A stretch of 64,000 nucleotides of DNA from Geosiphon pyriformis uo1 (taxonomy: Eukaryota; Fungi; Glomeromycota). Location of the stretch: assembly GCA_016748015.1 (NCBI GenBank), contig JAAOMT010000436.1, positions 566,354-630,353 on the forward strand. Reading direction: 5' to 3'. Of this stretch, positions 47,115-61,105 are shown in pieces. Made by a program: the position numbers and the translations under genes. Numbering within the stretch: the stretch's first letter is position 1; each line of letters opens with the position of its first letter. Below the pieces are notes generated by a model, which saw nothing but the letters and a program-made list of their open reading frames with translations, made no database searches and was not told the origin of the DNA.

Positions 47115-50072
47115 ATATATTTATAATTATGTATTATATATAACATATTATTATAATATAAGATAACATTATTATAGAATGTTTGATTATATATTTTACT
47201 AAAAAAAAAAAAAAATAATTCTATAATAATCAATAATAATATAATATATAATTATCTTTTTAGCATAAAATTGATTATTTTATTATAAGTTTAAATAATA
47301 TAAAATAATTTGAAATATAAAAAGTATTTTAAAAATAAATAAAATTTAACAACTTTTATTATTATTAATAATAATAATTAATATTAATAATATTAAAAAA
47401 AATCTTTAATAATAATATATAAAATATTTTTTAGATAAATTTTTATTTTATTACATATAAAAAAAAATATATTGTATTTAATTTTAAAATTAGAATAATT
47501 ATATTATATTAATAATAAAAAATTAACAAAAATACTATATATTAAATATTTATATGTTAATTAATTATTTAAATTTATTTTAAATTATATAAATTAAAAA
47601 ATCTATTTATTTTTAATAATTATTAATAATTTTTTATTAAAAAAATATAATTATTTATTTAAATTTTAATAACTTTTTTGTTATACTTTATATTAAAATT
47701 TTGCATTTTTTACAAAATCATTAATTTGTTAATTTTATTGTTAATTAAAAACAACATATTATAATCTTTTTTTGAATTTATTTTAAATTTTTAAACTACA
47801 TTATAATAGTATTAATTATATTTTAATTTGGTTTTTAAAAAACAATATTTTAAAGTTTATTATCTATACAAACTTATTTTTAAAAAGTTAAAATCAAAAA
47901 TTTTACAAAATAAATAAAATTTACTAATTTAAACCTAAAATTTAACAAAATATTTTAAAACCATTTTAATAAATTAAAAAAAACAATTATATAATGAACT
48001 ATTATATAATATAAACTTTATAATCTATAATAATAATAATATTTAAAAGTTTTTTATTAAATTTAATTTCTTTTTAAAATATTAATTTAATAATAATATT
48101 ATAAAAATAATTATGATATATTTTAAATAACAATTAAATTCAGAAAACCAAAAATAAAACAAGTTTAATTATAAATTTAAGTAATATATTGTAATATTAA
48201 AAACAATACAATTAAAAAAAAATAATAATTTAATTTTAAACATATTATTATAAATTAATAAATTTTAACTTAAAATTAAAAACTTTAATAGAAATATTCA
48301 AAAAATTATAATTTGTTTTACTTTTAAAATTGATAATAATTAACTAAAATTTATTATATTAAACAATATAATTAAAGTTAAATTTGCTAAATATAATATT
48401 ATTACTATTATTTAAAACCAAAAAATTAAAAAAAACCAATATTTTATTTTTTATAAGAAAAAACTAATTTTAAATTAAAATAAATGTTTTAAAAAAAGTT
48501 TTTTAGTAGTTTTATTTATTTTAAACTTTTAAAAATTTTATAAAATAATAATACTAATTATTATTTAATATAATATTTTGAATTTGTAAATTTTTTTTAT
48601 ATTTTATAATTATAATTAAAACAAAAAATAAAAATTGTTTAATCTTAAAAAAAAACTTTTTGTTTTGTTAATTTTTTGTTTATAATAAGATTATTAAGAT
48701 TTAAAAAAAAATTATACTCTTTTTTTTTTACTTATTCTTATATTTAACTATTTTTTTAATACAAATCTATTTATAATTATAAAGTTAACTAATAGTTCAA
48801 CTAAAAATATAAATATTAATAAAACTAAAATAAAAAACTATTTTAATACAAAAAAAACTAAAATTTATATATTTATATATTAAAAAATTTTAATAAAAAA
48901 TTTAAGAAACTTACTACTAAGTTTAATATTATAAATTTATTAACAAATTTTTTGGCTATAAAAATATTAAAAGATAATAATATAATTATATATTATTTTT
49001 AACAATAAAGTTAAAAATAAAAGAAATAGTATTAATAAAATATTTAATATTAAAAATTTGAAAAACATAATGATAAAAAAACCAGTTTTTCTAATTTTAA
49101 TAGCTTTAATAATAGTGAATACATAAATAAAATCACAATAAAAAGCATACATATTTAGATTTACAACTTAAAAAAGTTACTTAAGAAGTTATTTTATAAT
49201 TTTTTAAATAATAATAAAATTATCAATTTTTTATTATCTGTTTTTATTAATTCTATTTTGTTGTTTAATATTTTAATTAAAAAAAAATGCCTTAAATATT
49301 GACTTTATAATAGTATTTGGTAAAATAATAAATAAAAAATCCAGAAATATTAAGAAATATTTTTACAAAATTAATAATTTTAGAAAAACATTTATTTCCT
49401 TAAAATTTCAAGACATTATTTGATTGATATTTATTTTCGAATTTAGTTTAAAAGCAGCTAAAAAGCTGGTTGTTAATAAAAAAATTATGGTTAATACAAA
49501 TTTAAAAAAAATTATTATTAGATTAAATTAAAAATTATTATTAGATTAAATTAAAAAATTATTATTAAAAAAATTCTGGTTAATTTGTTCAAATTAATAT
49601 TAAAATTAACTTTATCTAAATTTGGTAAAATCAAAACAGTCAAAATATAGTTAATTAATTTTTGGCAAAAAGTATTAGTTAAGTTTAAAAGCATTAAAGT
49701 TACAAATCTGATCACTTTTAAATTGTTAATTTTATTAAATAGCATATATATAATTAAAGCAAATAATAATAAATATACATAAAACTTAAAAAATTATTAT
49801 TGTGATTTCTTATATACACTGTTAATAAGTATTACAATTTACAATTTATTAAATTTTTTGTTATTATATAATAAAAAAATATGTTTCATTTTTTACAACT
49901 TTGTTACTTATATATATATATATATTATACTGTTATGTATTTTAATTTTACTATTGTTAAAAATATTGTTATTTATTTAATTATAATGTTTAAAAATATA
50001 AGCTTAAACTAAACTGATTTGTCAATTTTAGTGTATACTAAATATAAAAAAAATAATCATGTTTTCAATATA

Positions 50073-53000
50073 TTTTTTTTTATTATATTTAACAAGTAAA
50101 ATCCAAACACAACCTAATATAATACATCAACTAAGTAATCTAAATTAGGCATGAATCATGCATTTTTTACATATAACCAGTCATTCAAACCAATCAAGAC
50201 AACACTACATGTCTATATGAACTAAAACCATACTATCTAGATCTGAAAAAAACTGACAAAAATTATGATAACCAAAACCAACACTAAAAGTGTCAGCAAT
50301 ATTCAACAATTTAATTACACTAGCAGAAAGTACTGAAGAAAGCCCAAATACTGAAACTGGAACAGATCCATCATGTGGAATTAGTCTGTTCTTCTCCATA
50401 AATGCCTGATGTTTGACATAGACCAACTAAATCTCCTTCCTAAATGCAAGACCAAATCTGTGCACAAAGTCTACAACTGTCCAACCTGCAATTTTAGAAT
50501 CATTGAAAGTAGAAAGAGACTTCTGATACCAATTATTTAAGACAAAACTCTTGCACAGAGCCACACAAATGGCAACATTAGAAGAACAAGAGTTCAAAAA
50601 TTGTGACACACATAAGACTGAGTAAAACAAACCAGAAATTACCCTCCATTCAGTTGCATAGGTGTCCAGCAACCAAACATGAACATCAGAATCAAATAAG
50701 CAAAAGAAAGCATGATTTGAGACCTCAATATCCCTACAAAACAAACATATTACACTCAGATAACTCTTGACATACAAATGTTTATAAACAGTGACAGGAA
50801 GCTGGTAGTACAAAGCCTTTATAAAATAAGTGCAAATATTAGCAGTATTCCTACTAGTAAAGTCAAAGGCCAAATACAAATCAGAATGCCATACCAAAGA
50901 TAACCTAAACCAATCAATGTCTATACACAAAAAGTTCACCACAACTTGGAAACCAGAGCCAATTTTTTAGCATGCCCGATAGACAGACTGAAATATATTA
51001 TGAACAAAATGTCTAGAATTAGTAGAAACAACTCCACTGCTAGCCCTAATATAACACTTGGCAATACAATAAAGAAGATACTGATTAGAGGTACAAGCAG
51101 TCTTCACAAAAGTATTAGCATGCTTATTGTCCAAGACACCCAAATAATCCTTAACCTTATGTCAACTGACCTCCAAACTCTTTTTATGAATAACACCCAC
51201 AATATAATGATGCTCAATCCAACACCAATTTTGAAAGTTAGGACACAACAAGTCTAACTCCAATTTACAAGCATCCAGAGCAAACTGATTGTCTGAGAAA
51301 ATTTGAACTAAACTAGAAGAAAGAACACACTCAAGTGTCAGAGCAACAACTTGTAGTTTAATTATGGTAGAGGACACCAAACCAGAAACTTCTACACCCA
51401 AACCCAAATCAATATTCTCAAAAAAAACTGCCATGCCAGCCTTCATGTTAAGAGTACCCAAACTGCATAGAGATCTATTTGTATAAACAAAAAGACAACC
51501 AGTATCAACACCCAACAAATGCTTATGAACAATTCCAAATTCATGTGATTCAAGAATGTTCAATGAAACAATGCCCACCAAATGAGAAAAACAAATAGAA
51601 AGAGAAGGGACACCATTGTTACCAGAGGTTTTTGGTCTCTTTTCTTAACTGTTGGTAATGTTGATTTGCTGTGAATTCACGTTTTCAGGAAGTAGTTGAA
51701 CCTCCAATAACTAAATTTATCTTCAAATTATCTCTTATAATTTGAACTGCTGGGCTTATAAGTGGAATGGCCAATTCCTTGCCAGTTACTTTATGTAGTT
51801 ACATTGTAGTAAATGTCAACTCTTTCCCAGGAATTGTTTGTCTGGAAGCTTACTAAAAATGTGTAGTTACTTTGCTGTGAAAGTCAACTTTTCTACAGGA
51901 ATCTCGTCTGTAGGCTATCCTAATGATTGTAATAAGAAAAATAAAAAAAAATAAAAGAAATGTAAAAGAAATAGAATTTTGTCAAGAGAAACGTTTTCTA
52001 TCCAGGCCTGGAGTCACTAACAGTTTACTGAAATTGGTAGCTAATCAATTTCGAAATGTTAGTTGGGTTTTGGGGATTTTCCAAGTACAATAATTAAAGA
52101 ATTTGGTTTTTCGAATTATTTGATATTTATTTCTTTTTGTGTGTATAAGAATGGTTTTTAAGAGATAAATCTAAAGTAAGATACATTTTCCAGAAGAGAA
52201 AAGCTCTTTTTTTATACAACTTGTTGTAGTACTAGTTTATGAACTTGCACTTTTTCTCTTTGCCCAAATTCTGGCAAACTAAAGATACATTTTGATGAAC
52301 TACAAGTTATTTTGCTGAACTATTGATTAATTTGGATGAACTATTCATAATTTCGGCGAATTTCTGTAAATTTCAGCGAATTTCTTATAAATTTCGGCAA
52401 ATTTCTGTAAATTTCGGCGAATTTTTGAATGTTACAAAGTTCAGGGTATTGTGTAATTTGATCATCTTACTTTCTGTTATACTAATTAGATTATTTTAAT
52501 TGAATCGTGATATGTGATAATTGATTAAATAATAAATAATAATTTGAAATGATATTAATATACTAATGAATTATAGAAATTATAAGAGTAATTTCATGCT
52601 AATTAATAGCTAAAATTCTACTGGTAACACCATTAAGAAAATGCACAAAAAGCTCAAACCATTTAGGAATTGGGCCATGAAAGTCCAATCTCTTCTACTG
52701 CTTAAATGTTTTTCAATCAAAAACTGCACCAGCATAATTGCAAAGCTGCTCAGCAAAAACAATCTTATATTGTTAAAGCAAAGAGACACATTTGTAAAAC
52801 TTAGGACCACCGAGAACAAAAGACAAAGAGATACCACCTCGGAAACAAAAAACATTAGTCACAAGACCACCCAGAAACAGATCACATTCCAGAAAAATGC
52901 AAACTACACCAGTTAAAAAATTATTTGATGAATTAACATTATCACAAAAAAGAAAAAGCAAGGAATAACAAGGATTCCAGCTGAGCACTTGCAAATTATG

Positions 53001-56000
53001 TGATCTATGCGCAAACAGACAACTCAGAATGCCAACTGAATTTGAAAACCAAACAATAGAAGCCAACTTGCTCTCAGCTTGAATCTGTTCAAAAGTTTTT
53101 AAATTATATAATAAGGAATGGTGAAATACATCATTAAGAAAGTTATAAGGAAGACCAGATTTGGACTTCAAGCCTTTGTAAATCAAAGTGTCTTACTTAT
53201 TACACATACTAACAGGAACAAAACTAAATTGAGACCTATAGCTAACAATCAGGAAAAAAACTGCTGACACCAAATATAAAAACTGTTTATCAAAGATAAT
53301 TTTTTTTAAAATAAGATTGGCAAAAAAATAAACGTCTACATAAGTCTTGGCCAAGCTGGATTTTGACAAACTCTTAATAGACAGAAAGATATCTAGGTAC
53401 TGATGGAACTCTCCTTTTTTAGCAACAAAAATAGACAAGCCACTAATCAACAAGAAAGGATGTATAATTCTGCAATTAATAAGAATAACCACAGTCTTGT
53501 CATTGTTGATTGAAATGTTATTGAGCCAAAAAAATTCACTAATTATATTGAAAATATGCTAAGTAGTGGTTTGGCTGTTACCAATCCAAATTGTATCATC
53601 GACAAATACACCAGCAGTGAGAAAAAATGTCAAACCAGCTTGAGATTTTAAGCAACCAGCTCTGGCTACAAAATGTGAATTTAACTTATACCCACATATA
53701 CTCTTCTGCCTCCTGACTTTACACAACAAAAGATCATAAAATATGTGCCAAAGAAGAGGTAAAAATACCCCCCCTGATCCAAACCATCATGTACCTAATA
53801 ACTATTTGTTAACCTAAAATTGGTCATAACTCTGTTGATCTGACCATTGTAAATGCTGCCAAAAAATCAAATGAATTTGTCACACATCTTTATCCTGACC
53901 AGGCTTTTTCTAAGATGTTCTTACCCAACAGAGTCATAAGCCTTCTGCATGTTTTGCAAGACAAGTCAGAGTTCATAGTCTTTCTCCAAGGCATTTTCAA
54001 TAACTGAACCAATTGCAAAAATAAGAGATTGTGTCATTGTGCTTTTTAGAACAGAAAAATTATCCTCTTTAAAAACATCAAAAACACTGCATGCTGAAGA
54101 AATCTTGTCCAAAAGAATTTTGGAAAGAATCTTGCAAGCCATTTCAATCAAAGCAATTGGATGTGTATTCATGAGAACTCTCTCCCACTTATATAGTTTG
54201 GGGATTATAGACATCCAAGCCTCTCTTTAAGGCTTGAAAACAAACTTACTACATAAACAAAAATTCAGAAGCACCAAAAGCATATCCAAAACAGACTTGT
54301 TACAATGTTTCCATAATTTATTAGAAATACCAGAGAAACCAGCTGCTTTTCTATTAAGTAGATTTGCAATTACACCAAACATCTCATTGAAACCAATTGA
54401 ACACATCACACTAAAGAAAGCATCATCAAAAACATACTCCAAAAGTTAATATTGGCAACATCAATTATCAGAAACATCAGTTACTACTACATGTTTTCTG
54501 GTCTACTCCTCCATAATTACATCTACTTTAACCTTAACCAGGTCAGGATCCAGAACCAATTTGTCATTGATAACCAGATAATTCAGAGTAATCTTGCAAA
54601 AAAAATGCTTCAGTACATTTCTGATAGTATAATACTTATTCAATTCAAAGCTTTTCATCCTCTTATCAATTGCTTATCTGATTTAAAAATCTCTAGCACA
54701 TTCTGATTCTGCCATTTTGGAAGAGCAATAAAACTTCTTAACCTTAGCCAAAACTGAACAAATAGTGTCAAAATAAGAACCTGAAAGGAAGAGAAACTTT
54801 ATCACAGAGGCATTGACCACATCTAAACTGTGCCACTTATCAAGTAAAGATACAAACTTTTCACTAAAAACCAGACAAGAGGCCTTAACAACTTTAGACA
54901 CCAAAAGCTCTAGCTTGTGAAATCTGGACAACCCTTTGTAAAAACACTGTTATAGTTTTTGAATCATTTTCTCTTAAAAACTATATCAGCTGATAAACAC
55001 AACATTTTGCAGAGAGTATTCCATATTGCATCCAAGTTTGAGTGCTTCTCTAACACAAAAAACTCATTATGAAATGTAGCAGCATTTGCTGTTGTGTCCT
55101 CTTTGAACTTAGCTCATCTGACATCTTCTGCATCTCTGTAATCAAATTTTCAATAATCTCTATTTGCCTGCTTGTGAAGGAAGTTTAGCTATACATCAAG
55201 CAATCCACCAATACAGAAACAGCCTAATGATCAATATCAAAAAATTTCACAATATCAGACATTTCATAATCCACCATAGCATTAACCAAGTTTAAAGAAA
55301 TGAACAAGAAATTGATTGTTTTAGCCACACCCTAAGAGTTAGCCCATGTTGACATTTTAACATAAGAACTTTTACCCAAGAAATTGACCAAACCAAGATC
55401 TAGACACTTTTTGAAACTAGCACACTTTTGGGAGTCATCTTTGTTGAAGTTACCACTCAAAACAACAAAAGAGAACTTATTAACTGCTTTTGCAATCATG
55501 GAATTAATATCATTAGCCTGGAAAAAATGAATGGCCAAGGATGCCTCAGCATAAAGCCCCAAAATTAACACTAAAAGTTTGTTTTTGAAAAGAAGTTTAA
55601 TGAACAGGAGCCAACCAGATATTTCAGAAACTTTGCACATATGTCTTACTAAAAAAAAGTTCATGACAATCATAACACCAGTACCCAGATAACCAGATTC
55701 CAAACCAAAAGTAAACACTCATACACCATCAAATTTGTTAACAAACTAGGGACAAACTTTTCTTCTTAGCTTTGATTCCATAAAAATAGAAATTAAATTG
55801 TCTCTGTTTTTATGCCAATAAATAATATCATTCTGTTTCACAGGATTGTTCATTCTTTTAACATTGTACGTAGTAATTTTCTACACCAGACTACTTATTG
55901 GGATAAAAGAAGTAATAAAGCACCTAAATCAGAGCACAAACAATCCAATTTAACCAGCACCAAATTAATTAAAGCTTCCAAAGACACCATTTTTAACTCT

Positions 56001-58001
56001 AAGCCACCCATCTTGGTGGTTAAAATCTTGGAGCTATTTGAACTAAAACCAGAAATATTATCTTCAACAGCAGAAAGAGAGAGAACAGAAGACACCAACA
56101 TATTATTTAAGACCATGTCTGAGTTTAAACATGAAACCAAAGATATAGAAACAGCTGAAAAGAGCATTCGAAAGACAGATAGCAGAGGCACCAGTTCTAT
56201 AAGATTCAACTTCTTCATAACACTAGAAATTTGATTGGCTAAAAGTTCTAATGAGCATTCCAAAGACACCAAATGATCATACAAATTAGAGACACCAAGA
56301 AGAGCAGAGACATATGAGGAAGATATGGCACCAGGAAAAGACTTAGCACCAGAAAACAAACCAGTACCAAAAGGAAAAAAAGAAACCACAAGAAAAAAAA
56401 AACCACTGGCAACTTGGGCCCAAGTTTTGCCACTAAAAAAAACTGGGCAAATGATAAGAACCTGCTTTTTCTTATAAATATTGGCCAGACAAATCTGGTC
56501 CTGAGAATTAACCACCTGCTTACTGCAACCATCATAATTCTCATCCACTGCACAATCAACAGAAACATAACCAAATTGTTTGCACTGAGCACAACAAGCC
56601 AAAAATAGACCAGCCTAGTGCAAATTCACATTCTTAAAAACTAGAGTAAAACCAATAACAGCCACTCTAGATGCCTTATTCTCAAAACAAACTACTACAC
56701 ATCTGTTATGGACATATAAACTCAGATTGTAACCAATAAAGCATGTTTTCTCATCATAAGAACTTAACAAGTCAGAAAGATCATGAGCAGTAGTTCTACC
56801 TGGTAATGTGTACAACAATGCCCAATATTGGTCCTTTGAAATCCATGATTGCTTATTATCAATAGCCAAAGCTACATACACAGAATCTTTTTCCATAAGA
56901 ACAGATCATTCAGAAGCAACTAAACTAGCCACTTGAGATGATTCAAACTCCACTAAAGCTTTTTGCCACAAACCAATTAATTATATTTTGATTGCCACAA
57001 TCTTACCAAATTTAGAAAAAACTGATTCTACTGCCAATTTGGGAAAATTGATTGGGATTTCTTTGACAATCACCTTTTGATCTGAACAGCTGTTTATTTT
57101 TTTTATATTATTATTAACCAGAATATTCTCACAAACAGCTAATTTCCTTGTCTTAATCAAACTTAATTCAAAAGTAAAAGAGGATCTAATGATTTCTGAA
57201 AATTTTAAGAAAGTAAAAGCTCCTCTAAAACCATCTACTTGATAAAAAAAATTTTTCACATTGAACAATTTCTTACTAGAAGTTTTATCTAGTACTGCAG
57301 AAAGCTCAATATCAAGAACAAAATATTTGGTCAAATTGAAGCTCCATTTTTCTGAAACATGTAATCCAGCCAATGGAAGATGCTTAGAGCCAATGAACAT
57401 AGATAATAGAAGTGATATAGCATTGTTGTCATTGACATCACTTACATAGGTGAACACCAGACCTTTTGGAGGTTGGCCAAACACATACATCTAAGTGTGA
57501 GTCTTTCATGACATGATATTATCTATGTTCTTATTGATCACTGAATTGTCAGAATTCACATAATTTGTTTCTTCAGCAACCATATTTTTCATGTTCTCTA
57601 CATCTGACAAACCATTGATAATACTAGTTTCACTACCCATTTTACTACCCTAAGACACAGCAGGCTTTCCATTAGCACCAGCCATATTCTCGAGACTCAA
57701 AGAGCCAGCAGACAAATTAATAACATCTATACCTGCAGCAGACTTCCTTGGTTTCTTATGAGAAGCATTGTGAGAATACACACTATCCAAATGATTTTTT
57801 TTAGCATTTAGACAGGTCTCCAAACTAGCTAAAATTGAGCCAAAGCTATTAGCAGATGAGCCAACTGGTTTTATCATAACAAAAAGAGGTTTAGTAGAAA
57901 AAATGGCTTGAATAAACTAAGGGAAAAGGAAAAAAGAAAAAGCTATTTCTTCAATAAAATTTTTTGTTTTTGTCATGGCCAGGGGATTAACAGGAGAAAA
58001 A
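50073..58001 (-). mobile_element. Full-length LINE L5, interrupted by a Gypsy-B solo LTR
   Basis: ORF1 fragments 57877-55895; ORF2 fragments 55898-50205 (SGNFN, NKLWKHC, GVFVDDTIW at ~53590-53615, RNase H, CLFC...HAFFC); tail and poly(A) at 50073-50207. Confidence 0.92.
51617..52629 (-). repeat. Solo LTR of the Gypsy-B family (1013 bp)
   Basis: tgttaccaga...ctggtaaca flanked by TSD ccat (51613-51616, 52630-52633); no internal sequence. Confidence 0.95.
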
Positions 58002-58147
58002 ATTTTTTTTGGTTTAAATTCTGGTTTTTTAATATTTATATATCAAATATAAAATTACTTAATTAAAATAAAACCAATTTTTTTGAGTCTAATATAAATT
58101 ATTTTATATATATTATACAAAAAAATAGGTTTTTGTGTTTTATCTGG

Positions 58148-60425
58148 TTTTTTTTTTTTTTTTTTATTTGCTTAACGAGTGCAGCCCAAAAACAATCTAG
58201 TACTATACATCAAAGAAATGATCTAAACTAGATATTATTCATGCACTTTCTATACGTGACTAGTCACTTGGACCAATCAAGAACACACTATGTTGATACT
58301 ATAAAAGAAAACTTGCCCAAAGATGATATCTTTTAAATAACAAAAAACAAAGTTGCACTGCAAGAAACCAAACCAACCAGCCACTTGGCAGTTTTAAAGA
58401 GATCAGTTTTAACAACAACAGATTCATGCTCCCAAAGAGACATTAGGTTAGAAAACACTTCATTATTCATAACAGGTGGAAGCTCTAAATTACCAGACAT
58501 ATTAACATTCTCTATGCAGCATTCTTTTTTCAAAAAAAACCACTTTTCTCCCCAATTTACCAATAGTCTTATTAAAGGAACTCATATGTACCAAAACCTT
58601 ATTGATTTTAAAACTGAGAGCACTACTTGAAACCAAATTATCATTAATAAACTGCTTAAAAGTTGCAACCAAAGAGCCAATAGGCTTAACAATAGACTTA
58701 ACCAAAACAGAAAGCTTAGTTAAATCAAATTCCAAAGAAGACAATTGGGACAGCACCAGAGAACCACCAACAGCAACAGAAAAAGAAACAAGAGGTGACA
58801 AAAGTGGAAATCCAGAAGAGCTCAAGAAAGCAGAAGCCTTGACATAAAACTTAGGACCAACAAAGCATGGTGTAAACACCTTGAAAAGCTTGGAAGGAGA
58901 AGATGGAGAAACCTTACAGTCTGCAGCCAGATGGCTCATTTCTTGATACTTGAAACAACACTAACAACCAGAAGTTTCCCACCAAATATGGCATTTTCTC
59001 AATGTACTAGTTTTGACAATAGCAGAGTCCAAATCAGCTTGAGAACCAAATCTAACTAGAGCAAACTGGGACCGATGACCAGACTCAAGAGAATGAGGGA
59101 TAAAACATGTCCAACCACCAACTTGAAAAATCATATTACTGATTTCAAAAGCTGTGTATCCAGAAGAAAGATTAATCAACTTGGCCTTAAACTTATCATA
59201 AGACAAAATAGTCTCATTTTGATTCACCAAAGAGAGGATCCTAACACTATCTTTGCCCACCAAAACTGACCAATGATTCAAAACAGTTACAGCAGAGTCC
59301 AACTTTTCAAAATAAACCACCATGTATTGCCAAACACCAGCAGGCTTCAGCACAATATAAGTAACACTACCAAACACACTAAAAGCTGTCTTAATATTAG
59401 CAGCAGACACACCCAAGGGCACATCATGCAGTGCAACAGCAGCAGAAAGGGAACCAGACTCAGAAATTACCAAAAACTTGGCAATTTTGAGAGTGGCCAA
59501 ATGTACAGAGCTTGTAAGCTCAACTAAAAATGCAATTTCCAAAGACACTTGAGAAGCAAACTCCACACAAAACAGCTTCACATTGTCTTTTGATACTGAC
59601 TTTGCATCCAAGAAACCATGTACTAACTGAAAAAGAGCCTTAACATAAGCCAATTTGATCTTAAAAGTAGCACCAGGCACCAGAGTAGAGGCCATCCACT
59701 CAGCAATAGTTTCTCAAACACCACCAGAAGTAGCACCAAAAACTAAAAGAGGAGATAATTCAGTTTCTATTTGATCAGCCCAGTTTTCAAGAACAGGTGA
59801 CTCAACAGAAGGAGATTGCTTTGCTTTTAAAATTAGCAATAATCTGCTGAAAGACACCACATTTGACAACACAGCCAGTGATTAATCTTGGCCCATCTTA
59901 GACAATATGCCAGATGATACTATGAAAATCTTATCTAAGATCTCATTGAGAACCACAAAAGGGTTCAGTGTAACAATAGCAGAGGCAAATAACTGCCCCC
60001 ACTTTTCTGAACTTTTGGTTTTTTTTTTGAAGAGGAGGTGCTAGCAGCACCAGATGTAGAAGCTATAGAAGGGAAGACCAGCTTGTTAACTGGTCTATTA
60101 TTAAACATCTTTGGGCTCTTAATAAGGGTAGAGGCAACACTGAAACTAACCCAAATGTGTCTTTTTGAAGGAACTTTGACTGGTAAGAAACCAGCCAAAG
60201 ATGAAGAAGTTGCTTCAATGGCTACCAAAGACAACTTATCACAATTACTGGGTAAAGAAAAAACTTCTAAAACATTCTGCCTAGTTGCTTCTACAACAAA
60301 AAGAGCTCCTCTGGTTAAAATTTTATTAGATATTTCAGAACAGATATTAGGTGCAGCTTTTTTACTCTTTGCTCTGATCGTGGTCATAAAATTAAGAAGA
60401 CAAAGAGTTTATTATTCCCTATGAG
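58148..60425 (-). mobile_element. ORF1-only non-autonomous non-LTR element (HAL1-like) with the LINE 3' tail and poly(A)
   Basis: A single ~700-codon ORF1-like frame whose TAG is the first triplet of the shared tail; 18-nt poly(A); no EN or RT; flanks rejoin as fossil L4. Confidence 0.82.
58288..60387 (-). pseudogene. Divergent ORF1-like RNA-binding protein (three RRM-like regions, degenerate CCHC knuckle CFKYQEMSHLAADC, coiled coil, unique C-terminus)
   Basis: ORFs 59965-60387, 58961-59695, 58502-58939 and 58333-58563 are joined by stops and homopolymer frameshifts; ends ...FVI*KISSLGKFSFIVST-TAG. Confidence 0.8.
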
Positions 60426-61105
60426 TTTTTTTTTAATAGTATAACTTAGACTTCTGTAATAAGTAATATAATAAAAAAAATTTTATTTATTATTTATTGG
60501 TTTTTTTTAATAAAGAATTTATTTAATATATTTAATAATAGTTTAATAAAAACAGTTTTAGATTTTTATTTAAAGATCTTAAAACATTCTTTAAAACTCT
60601 TTATAAATTATGTTTTAGAAATTTTTTACATATTAAATGCTTTTTGTTTCTTGTTTTTATTATTAAATATTAATAAAGTACCAATACAGAATTTTAATAC
60701 AAAATTATATATAATTATTAACAAATTATTATTAAGTTATCCAATTTTATTTAATATAATACATGACTTTTTAAATCTTTTTTTAAGTAGTTTTAAAGTT
60801 TTAATTATTAAAATTAGTAGTCTAAAAGCTAATATAATAGTCTTAAAAAATTTAAATTTATATTAAAAAAAACTTAATTTTTTTTGTTTAAATAGTAGTA
60901 TAATATTTTTTTCTTATTTTTAATAAATAACTTAATCTAAAAATAACTATTTATAATATCAAAAATATAAATGTTTTTGTTAAACAGAATAATATTATAA
61001 AATAGCATAAAAAATTAAAAAATAATATTTTAATTATTATAAAAACTAAACTTTATTTTAATATTAAATTGTAGATTGTTAATAAATTTAATAATATAAG
61101 AATTT

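Larger units (their letters stand above)
48650..61105 (+). mobile_element. Fossil LINE L4 in pieces (48650-50071, 58011-58147, 60426-61105), interrupted by L5, the ORF1-only element and L6
   Basis: Inverted homologue of L0. 60780-60850 SSFKVLIIKISSLKANII (=SSSKVLTTKMGGLESKMV); 60940-61105 ITIYNIKNINVFVKQNNIIK*HK...IIIKTKL...*IVNKFNNIRIF (=ORF2 start). Confidence 0.78.

Noticed and set aside
47115-48640. Extremely AT-rich stretch, probably another fossil element (also 42945-43600, with short 24-bp tandem repeats near 43411-43467)
   Set aside because: I could not align it by eye to anything in the window, so it is left unannotated.
49501-49570. 23-bp tandem duplication aaaaattattattagattaaatt
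   Set aside because: A local slippage duplication inside fossil L4, with no sign of function.
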